Assembly (NCBI GenBank): GCA_028534125.1
Contig: CM052817.1
Coordinates: forward strand, 35,962,001 to 36,026,000
Direction: 5' to 3'
Origin: Lama glama
Lineage: Eukaryota
Length of the DNA: 64,000 nt
Of the stretch, positions 55,184-64,000 are shown piece by piece. The notes below the pieces were generated by a model. The model was given only the letters and a program-made list of their open reading frames with translations. It ran no database searches and was not told the DNA's origin. The translations under genes and the position numbers were made by a program. The number at the start of each line of letters is the position of its first letter. Position 1 is the first letter of the stretch.

Positions 55184-55855
55184 CTATCTGTCTTTTTAAA
55201 TGTATTGTGACCTAATTTGTGGCGTTAATACATGGTTTGTCCTGGAAAATGTCACATGTACACTTGGGAAGAGTGTATATTTTGTTGTTATTGGGTAGAA
55301 TATTTTGGGTATATTGATGGGTCTAGTTGATTTGTTGTTTTCTAAGTCCTCTGTTTCCTCATTTATCTTCTTTCTGGTTGTTCTATCTGTTGTTCTGTGT
55401 GGGGCATTGAAATCTCTCCAATTACTGTTGTAGAGCAGTCTGTTTCCCCCTTCAATTCTGTCAATTTTTCCTTTATGTATTTTGTTGATCTGTCATTAGA
55501 TGCATAATGTTTGTAATACTTATCTTGTTGTATTGAAATTTTTATGAATATATAATGACCTTCCTTATCTCTTGTAACCTTTTTGATTTAAAGTCTATTA
55601 TGTCTGATATTAGAATAACCACCTTTGCACTCTTTTGCTTACTATGTGCATGGAATATCTTTTTCCATCCTTTTACTTCTAACTTGTTTGTGTCTTTGGA
55701 TCTCAAGTTTCTTGTAGACAGCGTATAGTTGGATCATGTATCTTTATCCATTCTGCAGGCTCTGTCTTTTGTTAAAGAGTTCAGTCCATTTACATTTAAA
55801 GCAATTCTGTTACTGTAGTATAGTATCTGTTTTCTATATGCCTTACAGCTTTTTT

Positions 55856-56141
55856 TCCTTTCAGTTTTACTGAGGTATAATTGACACACAACACTGTATA
55901 AGTCTAAGGTCTACATCATAATGATTTGACTTATGTACATAAGGAAGTGATTACTGCAATAAGTTTAGTGTTAATCCATCATCTCATATGGATACAAAAG
56001 AAAAGAAAAAGAACTTTTTTCCTTGTGATAAGAACTCTTAGGATTTATTCTGTTAAAAATTTTAATATATAACATAGAGCAGTGTTAATTATTTATCATT
56101 ACTGTTGTTGTATATTACTTTGCTAGTACTTATAGTTGAAA
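55856..56141 (-). mobile_element. Short L1 3' end nested in the old L1
   Basis: ttttactgaggtataattgacacacaacactgtataag...; TSD gccttacagctttttt (55840-55855) / gccttaacagctttttt (56142-56158). Confidence 0.8.
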
Positions 56142-56475
56142 GCCTTAACAGCTTTTTTGTAGCTCATTTCCTAAGTAGTATTTTCTTTTGTGTTCATTTT
56201 TTGTACTGAAAGGTTTAATTCCTTTCTCATTCCTTTTGTATACATTCTATGGTTGTTTTCTTTGTGGTTACCATGAGAATTATATTTACTGTCCTAGAGT
56301 TTTAATATTCTAATTTGTATAAATATCAGCTTTAATAAATGTCAGTTTTTTAATATCAGTAACATACAAAAACTGCACCTTTACAGCTCCATTCCCACCC
56401 CTTTTGGTTGTTGATGTCAAAAATTATATCTTTAATACATTGTATGCCCCAAGACATAAACTAGTAATTCCTTTT

Positions 56476-57979
56476 TTTTATATTTTAACATACTTCTCTT
56501 TTTATCATTGGGATGTACTTGACATATAACATTATATTAGTTTCAAGTGTACAACATAATGATCAACTATAGTCTCATTAGAAGAGGAAAACCACCAAGA
56601 TGTATGTCAAAAAGCTTGCCTTCTATGTGTTTTCCTATGATTTTTATGGTTTCAGGTCTTACACTCAAGTCTTTAATTCCCTGTGAGATAGTGGTCCGAT
56701 TTTATTCTTTTGCTTGTGGCTGTCCAGTTTTTCCCAACACCATTTATTGAAGATACTGTTCTTTCTCCACTGTATATTCTTAGCTCCCTTGTTATAAATT
56801 GACCATACATGCATGGTTTTATTTCTGGGTTCTCAGTTCTGTTCCATTGATCTGTTTGCCTGTTTTTATACCAATAATATATTGTTTTGATTACTGTGGC
56901 TTTGTAATATAGTTTGAGATCAGAAAGTGTGATGCCTCCAGCTTTGTTCTTTCTCAGGATTGCTTTGGCTATTTCATTGTCTTTTGTGGTTTCATACACA
57001 TTTTAGGATTTTTTTTTCTATTTCTGTGAAGTATGTCTTTGGAATTTTGATAGAGATTTCATTGAGCCTATAAATTACTTTGGGTATTATGGATATTTTA
57101 ACAATATCAATTCTTCCTGTCCACAAGCACAGGATATCTTTCCATTTATTCATATCTGCTTCAGTTTCTTTCATCAGTGCCTTACAGATTTCAGCATATA
57201 GGTCTTTTACTTCCTGTTTAAATTTATTCCTAGGTCTTTTATTCTTTTTGATAAAATTGTAAGTGGGATTGTTTTCTTAATTTCTCTTTCTGATAGTTTG
57301 TTATTAGTGTATAGAAACACAACTGATTTTTTTTTTATCCTGCAACTTTACTGAATTCACAGATAGTTCTAATAATGTTTTGGTGAAGTCCTTGGGGTTT
57401 TATATATATATATATAATATTATGTCATCTGCAAAGAGTGACATTTTAATTTTTTCCTCTCCACTCTGAATGTCTTTTAATCCTTTTTCTTGCCTAATTG
57501 CTCTGGCTATGGGTTCCAATACTGTGCTGAATAAAAATGGTGAAAGTAGACATCCTTGTTTTGTTTCTGATATTAGAGGAAAATCTTTCAGCTTTGCACC
57601 ATTGAATATGTTGTTAGCTGTGAGCTTGTCACACATAGTCTTTCTTATATTGAGGTACATTCCCTCTACACCTACTTTGTTGCAAGTTTTTATCATAAAT
57701 GAATGTTGAACTTAGATGCTTTTTCTGTATCTATTGAAATGATCATATAATTCTTGTCTTTCACTTTGTTAATGTGATTATCATATTGATTTGCAAATGT
57801 TGAACCCTCTTTGCATCCTTGGAATAAATCCCACTTGATCATAGTGTGTGGTCCTTTTAATGTATTATTGAATTCAGCTCGCTAATATTTTTTGAGGATT
57901 TTGTGTCTTTGTTCATTAGGGATATTGGCCTGTAATTTTCTTATCTTGTAGTGTTCTTGTTTGGTTATGATATCAGGGT
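56476..57979 (-). mobile_element. Nested 5'-truncated L1 with ORF2 RT remnant and an internal deletion
   Basis: TSD-like aactagtaattcctttt (56459-56475) / aactaataattctttt (57980-57995); KQGCLLSPFLF, SLFADDI, KWKDILCLW. Confidence 0.8.
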
Positions 57980-58819
57980 AACTAATAATTCTTTTAAATC
58001 ATTAGTCTCTTAGATTTGGAGTGACAAGCCAAAGTTACAGTATTACTAGCTTTTACAGTAATAAGTTTTTTGAACTTTAAGTGTAGTAGTCTCTTAAATT
58101 ATGTAGAAAACAGTGCAGTTACTGACCATTGTTACAGTAATGCAAGCTTTTATAATTACCCATGTATTTACCTTTTTTGAAATATTTATTTCTCCGTACA
58201 GCTTCAGTTTATTGTCTAGTGTGCAGGACCCCCTTGAGCATTTATTACAGGATAGATCTGTTGGTCACTAACTCCCTCAGCTTTTGCTTATCTGGGAATA
58301 TCTTAATTTCTCCCTCACTTTTGAAGAAAATTTTGCCACATGTATGATTACTGGTTGACAATTTCTTTCTTTTAGGATTTTGAATATATCAGTCTCTGCT
58401 CCAAAGTTTTTGGTAAGAAATCTGTTGATAATCTGATTGAGGATTCTTTGTATATGATTCACTTCTCTCTTGCTGCTCTCAAGATTCTCTCTTTGTCTTT
58501 TGAAAGTTTGTAGTATGTCTCAGGGTGGGTCTTTGAGTCCTTTGAGCTTCTTGAATATTTATACTCAAATCTTACATCGTGAAGTTTTCAGCCATGATTT
58601 CTTCAAATATGCTCTCTGCGCCTCTCTCTCTCTTTTCCTAAAACTTCCACAATACGTATGTTGCTTCACTTGCTGGTGTTTCATAAGTCCATTAGGCTCT
58701 GTTTACTTTTCTTTGATATTTTTTCTTCCTGTTCCTCAGACTCAGTAATTTCCATTGTACTAGCTTCATGTTCACTGATTCTTTCTTCTTCCTACTGATA
58801 ACTTGCAATAAACACATCT

Positions 58820-61430
58820 CAAAACTGGTTGTGACTTTCTGGTTGAGAAAGGTATCCTCAAAGGATGAAACTAAAGAGAGAAGGTATTTGCCCCAACACA
58901 CCTAACATATAATGATGGAACAAGCATAGGATAACAGCTCTAGATGTTCTAGTTCAAACAGGAAGAAATGAAAGATTGTTTTAAAAATTCACTGGCTTAT
59001 GATATTTCTGATATCCAGCCCAGCAAATTCTGGGAATCTATTGACTAGGTTTCAAGATCTGGGAATACTTCTCCATGCTTTTCAACTTCACCCTCCTGGT
59101 TCTTGGCTCTGCCCTCCGAGTCATCCTTCATTTTTGATGAAAGTCAGCACATGTTTGCAGCTTAGTAATTTTATCAGCCTGACTCCTGCCAATAGAATTT
59201 TGGAAATCTAGCGGCCTCCTTTCATTTTGTACCCTATCTGTCCCTTTCATTCCAACTTGGCAGTGTTTCTGCTGAAATAAATTTCTCAAAAACAGAAGTT
59301 TACGGTGGATTTCACTGGGATTCACTCCATTAGAAAAAAGACATATTCACAGATCTTTCCAAAATAATCCTTTCTGTATTTCAAGTCCATGCTAAGATGA
59401 CTGAGGGGCAATGCCTTTAAATTCCTAGAGGCCCTCTGGTTTGATTGAAAGGGTCTGTGAGATATACCCTTAATCATCTGAATTTTTTCTAACAATAATC
59501 TGGACTTTTGAACTTACTGAGGTTTTAGCACAAGGTTATATAGTCACAGTCTCAACCTTTTCTGTCAAGGTGGCTTTCCCGGTGGTGAATCTCTTAGTTT
59601 CAGTGTCCTTTGCCATCTGTAGAGTCAACTTTAAAATCAAGTTCTATGTTACTATAAGTGGCAAGGAGAAACCAGGTGGTGCTTTCAAACATTGCTTGGA
59701 AATTTCTTAGACTGTTTATACAACTTGTTGCTTACAAATGCTGTTTCCCACATAACTGTATGATGCAATTTCACTAAACTTGCCAACAAAGCAAGGATCT
59801 CCCTTTCTCCAGTTTTCAATAACGTGTTTCTTGTTTTCTTCTGTTACTGGAGGCAATGGGTCCATCACTTGAGGTGCTTAGCGAATGAACAGACCAAGTA
59901 CTTTTGATTAAAGCAGAAACATTTATTACTTGTGACAAGTAAGGAGACAGGGAGATGGCTCTCAAAACACTGTCTCCCTGAACAGCAAGATCAGGGAAGT
60001 TTTAAGCTATGGGGTGCATGCATGTTCATAAAAGGGTGAATGTGATCCGCCATGTAGAGGTGAAGTTGTAGATGCGCTTACACAGTCGTCAACATACTCA
60101 AACATAAGTTGCTTGTTCAAAAATGGCGGCAGAATGCACCCTTGGAGTAGAGATTTTAGCATTAAAATAAGGCAGAGGTCACTCTAGGTTGATAAAATCC
60201 AGACACCTAGTTGAGTGAAGTCATGAGAGCCAGCAAGGGTCAGCATCATCATTCCTTAGACTCCAGTTAATCTGGTGGCTGATTGCTTAAGGGGATTGGG
60301 ATCCTGCAGAACAGCTCAGGAATGTGCTTCAGGCTGATTTTTACCTTTGAAACCCAACTGGGAGTCTTATGACTGATTTATTGTCTTTGCTGTGGTTACT
60401 TCTACTGCCTGATGACAGTCATTTGTTCCTGCATTCTTTATTCTATTTAAAATCATTATTTACTGAGACCTATTGTTTATTTTCACATGAAGACCTAGGA
60501 GGCCATAATTCATCTTTCCCCCAGTCACCAGTACAGGGAACAGGAAAGGGTTTTGAAATTCACGCTCTGGGGCTCAGCCTGAGTTTGTCCAGCATGTGTT
60601 ACAGCTTCCCTCATTGCCTGTTATTTTACTTCTGTAAGATGTAACATACTCTCCTTTGACCCTATCGCTTTCTTACTAAAGTCTGGCTGACAATTCTAAA
60701 CTCTCACCAGCAGTGTCCTTAAAAGTCCAGATTTCTCCTAATAATCTGAAGGCATTTTAGGCTTTCTGTCATGCTACCCAGATTCTTCCAGTCTCCTCTC
60801 ACCATCCAGTTCCAAAGCCACTCCCCCATTTTAGATACCTGTTACAGCAGCAACCCACTTCCAAGTACCAAACTCAGTATTAGTTTTTGATTGTTGTGTA
60901 ACAGATCCCCACAAATTTAGTTGCTTAAAACAATAAAAATTTGCTGTCTCACACTTTCCATAGCTTAGATGTCCAGGCACAACTTAGCTGGGTCCCCTGC
61001 TTTTAGTTTCACAAAGCTGACATCAGATTATCAGCTGAGCTTTCATAAAGAGGCTCTAGTTTGGGGGAGAATCTGCTTTCAAGCTCATTAGAACTGTTGG
61101 TAGACTCACTTATTGCAGCAGCATGATGAGAGGACTCTGGCTTCTTACTGGCTGTGAGCTAGAGGCCTCAGGTCCATATCAGCCCCCTGCCATGTGGCTC
61201 TCTCACAGGCCCTCTCTGACTGAGGCAGCTTATTTCTTCAAGGCTAGCAGCAGAATCCTCACTCCAGTCTGCTAAGATCGAATCTTACACAATGTAACAT
61301 AGTCATGGGAGCGGCATCATAGGGCCTTTCTCATATTCTCTTGATCAGACACAAGTCACAGTTTCTGCATACACCCGAAGGGAGTACAAGAGTGTGAGTC
61401 ATTGGGAGTCACCTTAGGGTATGTACCCCA
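58820..61430 (-). mobile_element. MaLR element: internal region (~58820-59841, 60693-60874) plus MLT1-like LTR (~60875-61430)
   Basis: Typical internal/LTR boundary ccacttccaagtaccaaaactcagtattagt, then aacagatccccacaaatttagttgcttaaaacaa. Confidence 0.65.
59842..60692 (-). mobile_element. ERV1-like solo LTR (~850 bp) inserted in the MaLR internal region
   Basis: TGT...ACA termini, imperfect 4-bp flanks cttc/attc, AATAAA on minus at 59932-59937, YY1-like aaaatggcggc at ~60120. Confidence 0.65.
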
Positions 61431-61437
61431 AAGATGG

Positions 61438-61927
61438 TGTAGTAGGCTGAGAAATGTCCCCCAAAGACATCAGGTGATAATCCTTGGAAACTGGAAATTT
61501 TACCTTATTTGGGGAAAAGAAGAGGATTTGCAGTTGTAATTAAGCTAGAGATCTTCAGACAAAGGGATTATCCTGGATTATCTGGGTGGGCACTAAGTGC
61601 AATCACATGTATCCTCATAAGAAATGGGTGGAGGGAGCTTGGACATGGGCAGAGAGGAGAAGGCCACGTGAAGATGGAGTAGAGAGAAATTTGAAGATGT
61701 TGGCCTTGACTGTAGTTGAAAGTGATGTAGCCACAGCAAGGAATGCTGCCAGCCAGATTGTCCCCCTTGAGCCTCTGTAGAGCATATGGCCCTGCTCATG
61801 CTTAAATTTCTGTCCAGTGATACCAATGTTACTCTTCTGACTTCCAGAACTGTGAGGGAATAATTGTCTGTTTCAAGCCACCCAGTTTGCCATAGTTTTG
61901 TTGCAGCAGCCATAGGAAACCAATACT
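61438..61927 (+). mobile_element. MaLR solo LTR (MLT1C/D-like), head-to-head with the preceding LTR
   Basis: tgtagtaggctgagaaatgtcccccaaagac...attatcctggattatctgggtgggcactaa...gcagcagccataggaaaccaatac. Confidence 0.88.
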
Positions 61928-62824
61928 GATGAGTATTAATTAATACTTCAGTGCAACTTTTTAAATGCATTTCCTGTTACTCAGTGAGGTTAAGTATCTT
62001 TTCATAAGATTCTTAACTGTCCAGGTGTTTTCTTCTATGAATTTTTCAATTTGTCTTCCTTTTCCATTTTAAAAGAATTATTCACTTTCTTATTGATTAG
62101 TAAGAATTCTTTAGATAGTCTGATTACTAATCCTATGTCAGTTGTCCATGTTACTGAAGAGATATTTCTCTTCTTCCAGTCTGTTGCTTGTTTCTCTAGC
62201 TTATATATGGTGTCTTCAGCATTCAAAAACTTTTTATACCTCTTTTTAAGATTACGGAACATTTTAAACATACCCAAAAGAAGAGAGAATAGTATAATAA
62301 ATCTTCCACGTACACATCACTCAGCTTCAACAATTATCAGCATTTTCCCCAGAAGTTTTCATCTTTTCCTTTAAGTTTTGTACCTTTCATGCAGTATCTA
62401 AGAAATCCTTAAATAAAGACTGTGCTGCTATTATTTGTGTGGCTGAGTATTTCTGTCCTGATAAAACACTAATTCTTTTTGTCATAACATTTATTCTTTC
62501 TTGCTTTTAATTTTTTATAAATGTGTATATATATGTAGCAGTTTCTAAGGTATACAAAGCATTATTGCACCCTTGTTAACCTATACCTTCTTCCTGGAAC
62601 AAAATATACTTTTCTTATTCAGCACAAGCTATTCAGATCTTGGGAATTTTCCAATTGTCCCAGCAGCATTCTCTGTGTCAGTATAGAGCTTATTAGACAC
62701 CTCATATGTCCTCATAAGAAGACTGATCAATCATTCAGGAAATGTCAAAAGTATAAGCCCAAGTCAGCTGTGCTGGCATTTTGTTTTTACAAAGTAATTC
62801 TCTTAATATTTTCCTTCTTTGTAG

Positions 62825-62978
62825 TGTGCCACCTGGGCTTGAAGGCATGAAAGAACAAGACCTCTGCAACAAGATAATGGCTAAAATACTAGAAAATTAT
62901 AATACTCTGTTTGAAGTAGAGTATATGGAAAATGATAACCAGAGGTGTGAAAACCTGGCGAGGCTTATCATGGTAAAA
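62825..62978 (+). CDS. FAM13A: FAM13A internal coding exon (154 bp), end of RhoGAP domain; probable ortholog of human exon 5
   Basis: Acceptor ttttccttctttgtag (ends 62824); donor AAA|GTAAGT at 62979. CA from the previous exon plus T gives CAT (His), so the spliced frame reads ...GPNCF-H-VPPGLEGMKEQDLCNKIMAKILENYNTLFEVEYMENDNQRCENLARLIMVK, matching recalled FAM13A. Confidence 0.96.
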
Positions 62979-64000
62979 GTAAGTAACTTCGGTATTTAAT
63001 TTTCAACATTGCTGTATCCTGAATGGAAGATATTTTATTTAAATGATTTTTATTTAAAAATTCTGTGTGGATATAACTTTAGATTATTAGTTCTGTTTGT
63101 TGAATTCTTTTTATGAAATCTACTCTCTGTTCAAGTGTTTGTTAAAGTGATATATATTCTTCTAAGACTGGGAAATGATTGTGAATTGATATTTCCTTGG
63201 CTGCTGTAAACTCATCTCAAAAGCACTTACGTGAACCCAGTGCTGTGATCAGTTGGGCGTACCACCTTTTATGGAAGCCTGGTGTTACAGCCGAGATGCA
63301 TGCTTAAGTCTGTGTCCAGGAGTGCTAGCTTACTGAGTAGACTACAGATTCCTGAAGACAGTATGACCATGTCTAGTGATCTCTCTTGTGTCTGGCACAC
63401 TTCAAGTTCAACCTCGGATTGTATGTCCCATATATGTGGTCCTTGGTAACTATCACCTGTAAAGGAGAGTATTTTTAAAACCTGTAAAGGAACCAGTAAC
63501 ATATACTATCTAAATCTTTTTGTACATTGACTAATAATTTATAACATATTTTTTACATAGTAGGTAAATGTGTGTAGGTCTCTAAAGATTTATAGCTGAG
63601 AGTCAGAGGATGAACATCCAAACCAGATCCTTCAGATATGGGTCAAGAGGGAGGTCATCTTATTTATTTCCCATTTATATTGAGGTAAATCTTGATGGAA
63701 CTGATATGAGAGGTGCCCTCAGGAGGTTTCCTGAGACTTATCATGTTTACAGACCACACTGTGTTCTTGTTGACTTATATGGCAATGAGTGATAAAAACC
63801 AGAGGCACTTGGTTTGGGCCTTGAAGGCGTGTTTTTGTTTCTTCTTCCAGCTGAGGTGTGAATTTGAAGAAATGAAAGTTAAGGGGAATCATGTAGGACC
63901 CAACCAAAATGAGGTTTTCTTAACTAGGGCTTATATGTGAATACGAGAGACTCCCTATAAGGGATGGAGTACTTCTGAAAGAAATGCATTTAACAGGGAA

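Larger units (their letters stand above)
47895..58800 (-). mobile_element. Long old L1 (L1MB-like 3' end through ORF2 to ORF1 remnant) hosting five later insertions
   Basis: Collinear pieces: 3'UTR ~47895-48330; ORF2 48540-50080, 50735-52125, 55184-55800; inter-ORF ~56160-56470 and 58000-58200; ORF1-like 58220-58790 (DIFKILKERNCQP). Confidence 0.8.
11312..62824 (+). other. FAM13A: GT-AG phase-2 intron of FAM13A, 51,513 bp as assembled (includes two N gaps)
   Basis: The flanking exons join in frame and give contiguous FAM13A protein sequence with nothing missing. Confidence 0.92.

Noticed and set aside
54315..55184. 199-aa and 286-aa ORFs
   Set aside because: Their length comes from translating the N gap.
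63716..63736. Short inverted repeat ctcaggaggtttcctgag
   Set aside because: The stem is too short to support an RNA gene; expected by chance in 64 kb.
1..64000. CRISPR arrays, operons or other prokaryote-type systems
   Set aside because: The sequence is a mammalian gene interior with spliceosomal exons and LINE/SINE/LTR repeats; no repeat-spacer array was seen.

Overview
Mammalian genomic DNA, most likely a camelid (three copies of a tRNA-derived SINE resembling camelid vic-1, plus young L1s of one subfamily). The window lies inside FAM13A on the + strand. It holds two coding exons (11134-11311 and 62825-62978, C-terminal part of the RhoGAP domain and just beyond), separated by a ~51.5 kb intron. 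The intron is rich in transposable elements, and most of ~40.9-61.9 kb is a stack of nested L1, Tigger, MaLR and ERV pieces whose insertion order can be read from target-site duplications (TSDs). The most unusual object is a ~3 kb TSD-flanked L1 (41057-43967, minus). It keeps a CpG-rich 5'UTR and a nearly intact ORF1, but its inter-ORF region is joined directly to the last ~370 bp of ORF2 at an AG, so it may be a spliced or half-L1-like element. I see no evidence for any other novel gene system. Repeat subfamily names come from recalled consensus sequences, not a search, and boundaries of old repeats are approximate.
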